This document shows, one piece after another, positions 49,590 through 62,694 of a stretch of 64,000 bases of DNA. A model generated the notes under the pieces. It made no database searches. It was not told where the DNA came from and was given only the letters and a program-made list of their open reading frames with translations. The stretch's first letter is position 1. Every line of letters starts with the position of its first letter. The translations under genes were made by a program, and so were the position numbers. Source of the stretch: Callorhinchus milii (lineage: Eukaryota); contig NW_024704743.1 of the NCBI RefSeq assembly GCF_018977255.1, forward strand, positions 40,736,001 through 40,800,000, written 5' to 3'.

Positions 49590-49880
49590 GTTTCATAAGG
49601 TAAGTTGGATGAGAATAAAGAGGGGCCTTTAACCCATTTGATCGCATCCTTCCTTCATATGTACTCTACCATCAAGCCATTCTTAAATGAGCCCAGCATC
49701 CTGGATTCCACCACTCTTCCTGATACCCCTTTCCAGATATTAACCATCCCTCTGTGCAAAGAAACACTTTTATTTATCTTAGAATTGCCCTTCAAAACTA
49801 AACTAAAGCCATGTCCCCTTTCCTGTTGCCTTAGCATATCCGAAAATATTACTCTAGGTTTATCATCATTTACCATCACT
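49590..49880 (-). mobile_element. Old CR1 3' fragment
   Basis: RGHGFSL..MVNIW..VVESRMLGSFK. Confidence 0.7.
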
Positions 49881-50677
49881 TACTCCAAAATCACTTGACC
49901 TTAAATGGGGAATCAGAGACCATTGCTTTGTTTCTGTGATCATGACTTGGTGGAGGATTATTGACTTGACCAAATATTAGACTTAATGTTGGGAATGACA
50001 GATTGAATTTGAGTAAAGTATCTTTCTAAGTCCACTTCTTTGAGAGTGATATCCTTTCTCCCAGATTTTCTAGTTTTTTTTTAGCTGAATATTTGAAATT
50101 TAAGCAATCTTGGTAGAGTATCTGATATATGGTACATAGGTAGACATCTGGTTAAAGATTCCTTGAATTGTATTGACATTTAGCTGATGCAACACTGAAG
50201 CCAACATTGTTTGATATTGTGCTGTCTATAAGTTCTGCCTGTAGTGATTAACTTGCTTGTCTTTTGTGTGAGGAGTTCAAACTGTCGAGAGTGATATAAT
50301 CAGCAAAGGATATCAGTTTTCCAGTTTCGTCCCTTCAAATTTTCATCTACACCTGGAGGGCCTTGTAACGTCCTCCTGACATGAAATCCGCTTTATAAAT
50401 GCAATTTGTTGGTGTTGTTGGAATGAACAAGTGTTGCACCTGCAGTTATTATCTGGTACAATGTATCATTCTGTAGATCATTCTGTAGGTCCTATACCCG
50501 ACAGTGAGCATTACAAGAATATTCAACCACAGAGGCAAAGAGTCAAAGTAATCTAATGAGTCAAATCATATTTTTAGCCAATATTTACTATCTTACAAGC
50601 ATTCATTACAACCAAGTAATAGCAATTGAGACTGATAATCATGTCTGATATTTTCCATTCCGTGGTCAAAATAACTC

Positions 50678-51820
50678 CAACAACAACAACAAAATTACAT
50701 TTGTATAGCTCCTTTCACGTTGAGGGGCCGTCTCAAGGTGCTGGACAGAAAGAGTTACGTACCGGACCCGAGCTGGGGGTCGGGGTGGAGGAGGGTGGAG
50801 GGTGGGGGGAGCAGCAGGGAGATCGAAAGCACGGTCGAAGAGGAGGGTCTTAAGGTGGGTCTTGAAGGTGGCAAGGGAGGGGGCGAGATGGAGGGACTGT
50901 GGGATGGATTTCCAGAGGGTGGGTGCAGAGTGGTAGAAGGTCCGCCCGCCAATAGTGGGGCGAGCAAGACGGGGGACATGAAGCAGGCCAGAGCCCGCTG
51001 AGCAGAGGGAGTGAACAGGATGGGAAGGGGTTAGGAGGTCGTAGAGGTAGGGTGGAGCAAGACCATGGTGGGCTTTCAAGGTGAGGACCAGGATCTTGAA
51101 CTGTATCCTCTGTGTGATGGGAAACCAGTGAAGTTGGCAAGGATGGGGGTGATAGGGTTGCAGAGCCTAGTGCGGGAGAGGACGCGGGCTGCAGAGTTCT
51201 GGATGATCTGCAGCCTGCGGAGGGAGGAGTTGGGGAGGTCGACAAGCAGTGAGTTTGCATAGTCGAGCCTCAATGTAATGAAGGCGTGTATGAGGGCTTC
51301 GGCGGCCTGCGGTGTGAGACAATGTCGGAGTCGGGCAACACTGCCGAGGTGGGGGAAGTCAGAGCAGGTCATGGCCAGATGTGGGGTAGAAAGGATAGTT
51401 GAGGGTCAAACAAGACACCAAGGTTCCGGACTGGCTTAGTAAGGTGGAGTGTGCAACCATGGATGGTGATGCTGTCAGCGCTTGAGGTGTGGAGGCGCTG
51501 ACGGGAGCCAATCAGGAGAGCCTCGGTCTTGTTGACATTCAACTGAAGAAAGTTAGCTCTCATCCAGGACTCGTTGTCTGACAGACATTCTGTCAGGACA
51601 GCAGTGGTTCTGGAGTCAAGGGTGGAGGCAGAGAGGTAGAGTTGGGTGTCATCTGCATACATGGGGAAGTTGACCCCATGTCTGCAGATGATGTCACCAA
51701 GATAGAGCATATAGATGTTGAAGAGGAGGGGACCAAAGACAGAGCCCTGATGAACGCTGCATGAAATGTTGTGGGGGCTAGAGGAGAAGCCATTTGAGGA
51801 GATGAAGTGCAGGCAGTGCA
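50678..51820 (-). mobile_element. L2 LINE, RT C-terminal half plus 3' UTR
   Basis: [54 protein letters not shown]. Confidence 0.93.
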
Positions 51821-52069
51821 CTACTGTCACAGCTGAGATCAGCTGGCTCTGTATGGCTCTGGGTCTGTAAATCTCAGTTTTCTATTGGGCAGTAATTTTA
51901 CCAAGTGGAGCTCAGAAGTATTTGATTTTTATGCAGATGATTGTTATAACATGGAATGTTTATGCACAAATGCCTATTGTAGCTGAGACTGTGTCAGCAA
52001 TAAAAAGACAATTGGATAAATATCTAACAGAAAAATATTGCATATTGAAAAATAGCAAGAAGGAGGGAT

Positions 52070-52412
52070 GGAGTCCAGTAGCTCAGTGGTTAGAGCAGTT
52101 ACCTGGCGAGCGAAAGAACTGGGTTTGATTCCTGGCCATGGCGATACCCTGGGCAAATATCACTCTCGACAGTTTGAACTCCCCACACGAAAGACAAGCA
52201 AGTTTTTGTGGGACACTGCTGTGCACAATTGGCTGCCACGTTTCGCCCACAAATATACGGTCAATTCACTTTACAATCTATTCTGTGAAGCGCTTTGAGA
52301 CGTCTAGAAGACGTGAAAAGCGCTATATCAAATGCAAGGACTATTACTTTTATTATATAGAAGATGTGAAAATGCTATATTGAATGCAAGGATTATTATT
52401 ATTATTATTTAT
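52070..52412 (+). mobile_element. Diverged tRNA SINE with duplicated tail
   Basis: Tail agaagacgtgaaaagcgctatatcaaatgcaagga is repeated at ~52360-52412. Confidence 0.85.
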
Positions 52413-52589
52413 GAGGGGAGATAGCCACAGTGTGGAAGTTAACACTAGTGGAGGCTCAAAAAGAACAATTGGCCTCCTTATGAGGTAAATATTTTCTATG
52501 ATTCATTAGAACTTCTTTTTTTTTCAAATGGAAAAACTAGTCAGCTGTTGGATTGAAATCCTTTGAACCTGTCCAAGAACTAGTCTGGC

Positions 52590-52855
52590 ACTTTAATGCA
52601 GTATTGACGGAATACTGTTACATTATCAGAGGTGCGGAAGAGACATTAAACTGAAGGCCTGTCTGTCTGTGCAGATATATGTTAAAGATCCCATGATACT
52701 ATTTGAAAAGAGAAGGGAGTTTCTCCCAGTTTCCTGGACAGCAACCCCTCATCTAAAATTGATCATTCACTTCATAGCTGTTTGTGGGATATTGCTGTGT
52801 GCAAATTGCCTGCCACATTTGTTTACAAATTCACAGTCACTTCATTTTACAGCAT
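52590..52855 (+). mobile_element. Deu-domain SINE fragment
   Basis: gagacattaaactgaagg..gttaaagatcccatgatactatttgaaaagagaagggagtttctccc. Confidence 0.75.
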
Positions 52856-53159
52856 TTATCGGTAAAGAGGAGGGATCAAAGCAAGAATCTAAGAGTGTTG
52901 AGCTATTTTTAGATTTGTACCTGTGCTGAGCTAATCATGATGCTCATATTGAAAAACCATTGGAGATTTGCTTCCCTGTTTTTGAGTTTCAAGCTTTTCC
53001 ACTTGTTAAAGTATTTCTGAATGTTGAAAAATAAATAGAAGGATTTTTTAATATAATGCCATTATTTCTAGCAGTCAGCTGAAATAATAAAGAAATGTAT
53101 CTGGACTCAGTGAGAAACACTTTTTCCTGGTACCCTAGTCAACAATTGCCCAGCAGATA

Positions 53160-53640
53160 AAATTGGTCATTAAATCTTAATCTATGGCAAATATTGTGCA
53201 TCACATTTCCTGTACTTGACAGCACAGGATAGCACAAGCAATGTGTACCCAGTGGCATTTGACACCAAGCAATATTGTGGTTTAGCCCATTATCCAGTAA
53301 GTGGTCTAGAAGCCATTTTGCTTTATATCTCATTCTGCTTCAATTTTTTCATACTATTTGAGGTTAGTGATGATAACATCAAGGAATAATGTCTAAATTG
53401 TGTTCGATGATAAAAAATATACAGAGGATGGAGCTGAATTTGACCTTTGAATACAACAAAAGTCATCTTCATTTCTTGGAGTGAATATAAATCTGTAGGG
53501 GAAGGGCTATAATTTACACTATTAATATACCCAGTTGTAAGACCTAACCTCAATCATAAACATTTGAGCTTTAATCCATCACCAATGCTGAGATTTTCCA
53601 AAGAAAGGGCAATTTTCAAAGTGTTTTGTGTTCACCGAAT
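53160..53640 (+). pseudogene. PIF/Harbinger transposase relic
   Basis: VLDST (IDGT), QAMC..SNIV.AHYP.SGLEA (NVVARYPGS.HDA), FILFE, EYNKSH (YN..H). Confidence 0.5.
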
Positions 53641-54482
53641 GTTCAAAGCCGCAAGACCCCAGCTGAATAGTTTTATAATGTCTAAACCTAGGAAGTTATG
53701 AGAAAGTCCCTTGTAGTTGGCAAGGGAATATAGTAAATTATGGATCATGTATATTCATCTTTGGCAAGAGATGAAAATTCGTATTTCTAAACACACTGAA
53801 TTGTTCAAGTGTACTTTAGGTGGAAATAACCATCTGCAATAATCATTCTTCAAGCCAAGCTTTGAGGTTATTACATTTTCTTTGTATTGCAATATGTTTG
53901 TACGATGGTTCCTAATGAATCAATATGGAAATGAAATATTTAATATTGGCTAAAATATAATTGATAGAGGGGTGAAAAATGAAATGAGGTAAAGATAGAA
54001 TAGAAAAATTCCATTCAGTTTTACATGTGGTGCCTTTGGCAATATGTGACTGTAAGGAGAAATCCCATTTGTGGCTGTTATTATCAAAGACCATGTGTCT
54101 ACTGCTCAACAGATTTTTGACCCAAACTTTTTAGAACAAATTTGATAATTATCAAATGTGTTATCAAATGTCTTACAAATCATTATATTTTTCACTTTAG
54201 TACACTGTTATAGTATAGGGATCCATAAAATCTAAGCCTACAAGTGAAACACAGTATTGGGCCTGACTGTACATGTATGAAGCAAGCAGACTCACCACCT
54301 CAATCTGTTCACGTGCTAATAGGAAACAAGTCCACCTTTCGGTCATCGGGACACTGCAACATAATTTCCTGTTTGCTGTACATGTGCAAAGCAAGGATGT
54401 TGGCGGTGACCTGATTACCTGAAAGACAATCATTGTTTTAGTGAGGGAATCAAAAAAAGCCAGATTCCATCGAATCATTTAA

Positions 54483-54770
54483 CCATAGAAATGTACAGAA
54501 TAGAAGACGGCCATTCGGCCTATTACGTCTGTGCTGGCGCCCTCAAGAGCAATCCCTTCAGTCCCACTTACCTGTCATTTCCCCATATTCCTGTAGCTGA
54601 CTCTTTTAAAGGTTCTATCTTGTTCCCATTTGAAAGCCAATATGGATGTTGCATCAACTATTGGTCCTGGCAGGGCATGCCATATCCAAACTACTCTAAT
54701 TGTACATGCAAAAATTTCTCCTAAACTCCGTATTTGCTCATTTGCCAACTATCTTAAACTGAGCAGTACA
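54483..54770 (-). mobile_element. Old CR1 3' end
   Basis: catagaaatgtacagaatagaagacggccattcggcc. Confidence 0.7.
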
Positions 54771-57140
54771 TTGCTGTCAACATCATTTTGTGCTTTGCAA
54801 GAGTGCAGCAAACAGGAAATCATGGCAACCTGATGACCCGGAAATGAGTCGCTTAATGAAGAGAGTTAGTGAGAATTGCATGTCTTTTGATTCAAATGTT
54901 TTAAGTACGTTGTTGTCGTGGGTTCGGACTGCATTTCTATTGTAGAAGAACAACAATGTTACAATAATGTAGCATCTTTCACATGGGGGGGGGGTTAATA
55001 ATTCAAAGTGCTTCAAAGAGCAGATAGAGAGCTTGAGCTGGGAATGGGAGGAGACTACGGAGAAAGGGTGAGGGGTGGAAAAATGACCAAAAGTGCGGTA
55101 GAAAACAAAGGCACGCTTTAAAGGTGGGGAGGGAGGGGTTTAAGTGGAGGTTCTCCAGGATGGAGTTCCAGAGAACAGGGTCAGGATGGCTGAAAGCTCA
55201 CCTACTGATGATGGGGAGTGGTTGCGTGGTAAATATCGCTGAGCAGATGGAATAGCCAGGGTGGATGTTTACTATAGGCAGGAAATGTATCAAAATATAT
55301 TCTGTCCAGCGTCTTGAAACTGTGACAAACTGATATGTGGATATAACATGACCGTGCCTAAGCAAATTGAAACAACCCAAGCTTACAGAGAATGCATTTG
55401 TGTAAAAAAAATGCTAGTTACCTTTGAAAGTAATCATATTTCTGTTCAGAAATAGAGGCCTAAGATTCTATGAATAATATCTGAAGTTGTCACCATCTGA
55501 TGGAGATAAAAATCTAAACATTTGACACCATTATAAAGAGGCTGAAAAAAAGAATAATTCTGCAGCACTTTTTGCCAGTAAAGATATTAAATGAACCAAA
55601 AGATATATCCTTGAAGAAAATATCAAGTGGTGGAAGGAGATGGGAGTATTTTCCAGCTGAAACATTGTGAGAATTCATTGAAATGCTAGATTGCACATAT
55701 CAATATTAAAAGCCTGCAGTATTATTATAAATGTTCTTGGTTTAGTCCCCTGAAAATTAGGCTGTTAACGTTTTTTTTCTTCTTCTACTTCTAGAAAGTA
55801 ATGTGAAGCAAATGGCAATCTTCACCGCAATTTGCAACTATATAAAAGGCAGAATTAAACCTCAACTGTTAGTATGGGAAATGAATAATGACTTCACGTG
55901 TCTTGCCAGCTGCCATCAATACCACTCCCCTGTTAGCTATTAGGTCTGAATACTTGTATAAGGGGTAGACATAGTAGATGTGTTATGTAAGAATGAATAG
56001 AAACAATTATTCGCCAACTAAATAACATTCAGTGCTGTTCTTGATGTATAGATTGAGTTCTCCAAGTCAAATTTGATCTTCAGCCAGACAGTAAAAAATA
56101 TATTTGGATTCTATGGAGAGGATCTCTTTCTCCCTATTCATGCTCTACCACACTCTCTCAAATAAAACTTCTGGGGAACTTTATTTCAGCTGTGTCCTCT
56201 CCAAAATATGGGCAAAGTGGCAGCCAAGTTGCGAATAGTAATGTCCCACAATTGGTCTGTTTCGGTGCTGTAACACGAATAATAATATTAACTTAACATC
56301 TGTTGAGATTCATTAAAACAGTGTCTAGTTGACTGATTTATCTGTCGTTGGCCAGCCATTGATGCAAAGATAAACCATGAATCAATCCACAACCACACTG
56401 TCAATACAGCAAGATTGGTAAACACTGATCTGCAACAAGATAGATGGTAGACGACAATTAAACCAAATAGTCTTAATTGACTTTCAGTTTATCTCATGGG
56501 CCTTTCAATTTCCTGTTCACTGAATTAAAACACTGGAGTGTCACTCAAAGGTCTCACTAACTAAGATACTAATGCATAGTTTAGGGAATAATCAAATTAA
56601 CATTATGTTATTTAGATCAAAAAGCAGCGATAGGAGGGTTTGCAAAGTTTCCACCCGATATGTGATGGCAACACTGTAGGGTTTTGTTGTACATCTTTCT
56701 GCAGGCAAGGCAGACAGGTGTCTAGATAGAAGCAATGCCCCAATGTGTGTACTGCATCCAACACAAAATCATTAAATAGAATGGTGTGGGGAGGGAATAA
56801 TGCCCCTATTTGGAAAATTACTCAGAAGTCCTGTTAGGAATAAAATATCTTTTTGAATATTGGAACCATTTTGTTTGATAAAAAGGCAGCTATCACTTTC
56901 CTTCCTTTTGTAACAATAAATGGCAGGTATCACTGTATTAACAAGAACAACAAATTGTATTTATATAGCACTTTTTACATCTGGAGGACATTGCAAGGCG
57001 CAGGGCAGTCGAGGGTTTGCATCCGAGCTGGAGGTTAGATTAATGAGGGGTTGGGGTTAAGGCGTTGGGGGTGGAAGAAGAAGATGTGTGTTTAAAGAGG
57101 TAAGGTCTTGAAAATGTCAATGTAATTTCAAGAAACAAAA

Positions 57141-57315
57141 GGGGAGACATTCTACCTGGTTCTAAATTTACTCTATTAATACAGCATTTTAGAGCATCCA
57201 GAATTTGGCAAATTGTTGAATGCAATCTTTACTTTGAATTCAATGCACAATAGTTCTTAAACAAACTTACAGAAAACATCTTCAAAATCAATGCTGTGTT
57301 GAGGAATTTGCAGCA
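57141..57315. mobile_element. Hairpin MITE copy, partial
   Basis: Similar to 4887-5100. Confidence 0.6.
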
Positions 57316-57574
57316 TATGCTGTAAATATGTGGCTGTGTGTATCTTGTGGCTAAAATCGTCCATTCGATTTTTATTTTAAAAAATGTACTATATTTATTT
57401 AGAGATATTTCTGTACCTAAGGATTAAATTGGGTTTTGTGTATTTGTGGGGTGATGTGAATAGTCACATTCACAAAGGAAATTCATCTGTTGCTGTAACC
57501 ATCTCATCTCAGTTGCTGGCAACAACAATCTACACAGAAGCACACTCCACCTTATAGAGCCAGTGAAAAGCCCC

Positions 57575-57785
57575 CACGTCCCTAAATGCAGCCGAAACTC
57601 TCTTGCATGAGTTTTTCACCTCCCACTTGGATTACTCCAATGTGCTCCTCGCCAGTCTTCCCAGCTCCACCAATCACAAGATCCAGCTCATTCAAAACTC
57701 TGCCGGCCGTATACTGACTCTGACCAAACTCCGTACCCACATCTCACCACTTCTGGCCAGGCTCCACTGGCTCCCCATCACCGAA
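57575..57785 (+). mobile_element. L2 ORF2 fragment
   Basis: SHLDYSNVLL..QLIQNSAGR..LHWLPI. Confidence 0.85.
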
Positions 57786-58959
57786 CAGAGTTATAATGCC
57801 AGTACCAGCTAAGCGTATGTCACTGTAAACAAGAAAATAAAACATGTTTTTTTGGAACTGCTGGCAATAGCTTTGGCAGAATGAACTGAGAAGTGCTGTT
57901 CTGAAATAGTGGGACAAAATGTGTGTGTTTCCTAATGCTAATTAACACTAAGGAATATCACAACTTTTGCTCCGTGATTAAAATTTAAACAAAACTGTCT
58001 CTAGGTTATTTTCATGGCTCTTGATTGCTGAAATAGGACCTTGTTTTCAGTGTGGTGTCCATAAGTGCAGTGAGATAGGAGCACAGGCATTATTGAAATG
58101 TTTTGGGGTTGAATTGAGGTAGAGTACACACAACAGAAACAACTAGATCAGCAATAATGAACATAATGAAAAGATATGAATCTCTGAATGTTGTGCGGTT
58201 GATGAATTATTCAGTTGACACACTCTTCAGTCATTCATCATGTATAGTATCTCCATCTTTAGTCAACAACAATAAAACTAATTGACATTTATTACTAATT
58301 CAAAGAAAAAGCTGGAGTACTATTTCAATCTTAACATATTTTTCCAGATTATATTGTTATCCATAAGTGATGGAGGTACATACGGTGGTAATGTTCCAAT
58401 TGCATGTTAAAGATAGAGGGAGACAGCAAGAACTACCATGTGGTTCAGATTATGGTTCTATGTGTATTCTCCATGCTATAGGGAAAGTGAATAATGAAAA
58501 GCTGTAATTGTAAAACATCTCTAGCTCTCATCAATGTTTGCCTTTATTTCAAAGTCCCTATTCTACAGTTAGCTAAAAACAGGAAATGGGAAATTTATCT
58601 AGTCAGGGAGCAAATATAAGTCTGATAGAACCATTCTAAGAAGAATACTTTTTTNCCTGAGAAATAGCATTTGACCAAGTTTATCTGATCTCTTTGATGA
58701 TTTTCATCTGGCTTTCTGGAAATCATACCATTATCAAACAACGGAAAACTGTAAATAATTAATTTGTATAATCTCTTAAATGGTATCTGCTCTCTCTATG
58801 ATTGTGAGTCGCATGATGTCCAGTCTTTATAACAGGGGAAACTCTAACTCTGTAACATATTTATTCCATGGTCGATTGCTCCCCAACCTTGTTTCCAAGT
58901 TCAAATGAAGCACCGGGCAATGTTAGATTTAAGCCAAGCATTTTATTGAAAAGAACAAT

Positions 58960-59193
58960 GGAGAGAAATTCCACTTGGGTCTGTATTTATTCCATCTGTG
59001 TAACATTTTAGAGTCAATTTGACAAATTGTTGAATTCTATATTAACTCTGAAGTCAGTTTTCTGTAGTTCTTAAAATAATTTGAAGAAAAACAGTTTCTA
59101 AATTACGTTTGTTGTTAAGAATTTGCAAAAAATTCTGGATACTTTTAAACACTACATAAATAGAGCAAATTTAGTCCCAGATAGAATTTCTTC
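58960..59193. mobile_element. Complete hairpin MITE copy
   Basis: gagaaattccacttggg ... cccagatagaatttcttc inverted ends; similar to 44338-44574. Confidence 0.65.
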
Positions 59194-61014
59194 GCACAAG
59201 TGGATTGGAAAGTTATAGACTGGTCTTTGTTCTGTAACCCCAAACACTCTGTAACATCATGCTGTGAGCAATCTGAATGGTATACATAATCAGGAATATT
59301 TCCACATGATCCACTCTCCCAATATCTAAGCAAGTCAATTTGAATCAAATAACACAGTTACTACACTTTACCCTAAATTCCTGTGAAGAGTTTTGAGATG
59401 TAAAAGATACATAAAACTACTCCCAATAAATAATCCTTGCCTTTGTTATCTCTCTTTTGATGTCAGGAGGGGATCTCAAAACACTTCACAGGATTTTTAT
59501 TGTAAAGTCAAGTAACTGTGTACTTTGTACAATTTGTAACAGACTCCTTCATTTGCAAGGATTAAGATTATTATTAGTTCTTAAAAACTGTTTTTGCAGT
59601 TACAATCAGCAAACCTTGATTGAAGTTCCAAAATCAATTGATGTGCCATTAACAGCAGTTCATCTGCAGGAGAAGACCTTCATTTAAAGGGCAATGTGAA
59701 AAGGCTATTGACTTTCCTATTTTGCAGGAAACATTCTCTGCCTTCCACTGTTATAAACAAAATATCACATCTAGAATGCTCAGATCTGATGATCTCTAAG
59801 AAACATATCTAAATATCTTGGCACATAATACTTATGTTTGCAGAGAGAGTAAATATGTTGGCAGTGAAACAGTAAGGGTAGATTTTTTCCACCCTCACTA
59901 TGAATAGGGAAGGATGAAAGAGATAGCTGCTTAACTAGCTCAAAACATAAACATTAATAATTATAATCCTTGAAATAGATAGGTCGACGATGGTCAATAG
60001 TTTTTGAAATGCTTCACAGGAAATTGCTGTCAAATTTGGAGACATTGTACTTTTAGACATAGACTTATACTGACATTGCATAGATTTTCTGGATTTCACG
60101 ACTTCCTTAAAGTCAGATACATATTTATATCACACTGGACAACAGTTCATCAGCAAAGAGCTGATATTCATGAGCTTGTTAAAACCACATAAATTTGTGC
60201 TCAGACTGTTTCACTGACTGTACAATGTAAAATAATACCTTTGCCCCATGAGGCAACTTGGGTCAGGAAACACTGTCATGAAGGCAGAATAAAAATCTGT
60301 GAAGTCTTTCTCCATAACAACAGCAAGTAGCAAGGGCTCAGATGTTCTGTGTTATGCCACATGTTTTTTAGATGAAATAAGAACTTTCCATAATTTATAT
60401 GGTTTATATTCTACAGTAAAAATGATTAATTCTGTATAACTTTGGTGCAACTGCTCTGGTGTCAAAGCAGAATCTCAATTAAATCATAAGGAGCTTATCG
60501 TCCTTTAGTGTTTCATTCTTTCAACACACTGCAATAACCCCCTGGCTATTTTATTTTCAAATAATATAAAACCCACAAGCAGGATAGGCTGCTTGAAAAT
60601 TCACTTCAAAGCATTTAAAAACAACAGAAATAATACTATTTTTAAAAAATGAAATACATAAGAATGTTTGGTAGAAGCACCTTGCCACGCACATAGAATC
60701 AGCAGTGTATTTGTGATTTTGCAACATAAGTTACATTGTGCACCACTTTTCCAAACTTATTGCTATGTGTAGATGGTAGATATAGTGTTCAAGATGATTG
60801 AGAGCAGTTAAGAGTTAGGCATGGCAGGTAGATTGTAACTTTCATAAATACAAGCTTATGCATATATATCGGAATAAGGACCAGTAAATATTTACACAGA
60901 GTAGGTGGTGTCCATTGTAAGATGTGGAGAGGCTAAATGATTTGTGTGAGATGATGCAACCATTCTACTTAAAGTTTTGACTTTCAGTGAAGTTGTTCTC
61001 AACAAAGCTAATCT

Positions 61015-61360
61015 GGATTATGACAGGATAAGTAGGAAGAAATTATTTCCATTGATAGGGAAGTTAGTGAGCAGGGGACATAGCTATAAAACAGGCACAA
61101 AAACAGAGAACTGTGACTTAGGAAGATTTTTTTTTACCAAGAGAGTTGTTGGGATGTGGAATACCCTGTGGGGTAGGGTGGTGGAGATGGAATCCATTGT
61201 GGGTTTCAAGAGGGAAGTAGACAGGCATGTAAAAGAAAGGGGCTTAAAGGGTTACAAGCATAAGATAGAGCGGTGGGAAGGTAGTGATTGTCTTGCTCTG
61301 CAAGGTGGTGCAGAATAGATGAGTCGAATAGCCTCCTGCACTGTAGATTCTATTTCTGAA
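61015..61360 (+). mobile_element. Old CR1 3' end
   Basis: KKLFPL..SRGHSYK..FFTKRVVGMWNTL. Confidence 0.8.
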
Positions 61361-61659
61361 TGAATCCAACCTTGTGCAAGTTACGGACATGGCCACATTT
61401 TTAGTGGTTGTAAGGTTTTGGCCTCCCGACCTTTACTGAAATATTGATTCATTAGAGAAGCTTCAAGGAAAAGTGGCAAGGAATATTCTGGTCTTTGTGT
61501 CCCTATGTTCACAGAACTGAACTTGTTTAATGGAAGTGAGAAAACTGAAATGAGTAGGTAAATTGGATAATGTGGACATATGAATGCAAGAGTAACAATT
61601 CTGACAACTGAACCAACTATGACAAGGTAACCAACATGGGCAGAACATCTGAACATGGC

Positions 61660-62010
61660 ACAGATTCTCATTTAATTGGTTACAAGCATAGCACCTTGCA
61701 GGTTTGGCATCCTTGTCTGCACAGCAGGCAGCTGTTTTTCCATGACAACAATAACAAAGTTCTACATGATGTATTTGGTTGAAAGGTCAAAAGGGTCATT
61801 ACCAGCTTGTTAACATGATTAATTAACTGGATAATGCTTGAATTAAATAGACTGCTAATATTTATGGCTACCGTTAAACATCACATTACCACATGACACA
61901 AATACAACAATGGCTGCTTGCTTAGGCATTCAATTAAATGCAAGCTAAAATGATGCAAATTATTGAGGTACAATTGAGCAGCTTGCTACTTATAAATGAG
62001 CTGCATGTTG
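61660..62010. promoter_or_regulatory. Candidate conserved non-coding element
   Basis: RFX-like tttccatgacaac (61737-61749), AGGTCA-aaa-GGGTCA direct repeat (61784-61798), tgattaattaa, tttatgg, aacaatgg, atgcaaat; no recognisable repeat. Confidence 0.35.
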
Positions 62011-62694
62011 TTTCTGCTGGCTTTAAGCAGGACAATGGAGTTGTTAAAAATATCCGCTTCTGCTGGAAGCGATGTTACATGTTATGAATCGATATTTGGT
62101 TGGAAACCTATTGCCTTAATTTCATAGAGACAATGCAATGGTAGGAAATCTATTGTCAAAGTTAAAAATCCAGTGTCAAAACAACAAGATTTAGATGACT
62201 GTAGAGAAAGGTGAAGTGAAGGGAAACATATTTTACCAAGGACAAAATGGTCAGTTTATACATTTCGGGAATTGATCATTTATTATGCATTTCCTTTTAT
62301 TTTACTGTTTTTTGCAATTGTGTCTGTGTGATTGATTGGCTTGTCATGGAGTAGAAAGTCTTTAAAGATCTGCAATGTATTAATTTGCAAATTCTATGTA
62401 ACCCGAATTTCAAATTCTTTTTCTGGTCCAGAAAAGATTATAAACTCTTCGCTTCAATAACGGTTTTGAGATAAAAATTGTCTTTCAAAGTCAATGTAGA
62501 ATAGTTTTAGGGCAGGGCAATCTGCAAAATAATTGGTCACCCCAGTGACACAACTCTTCAAAACACATATCCTTATGGATGCAATAAAAGCCCTGTACAG
62601 CACTTTAGCTCTCACTTGGCCTGAAAGGACATTTTCAGATAACAAATCTGGAGACTGCATCATCAACAGCCCCTCTGTAAAACTCTGGGATCAA

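Noticed and set aside
58655..58655. Single N base
   Set aside because: Assembly ambiguity after a T run; not biological.
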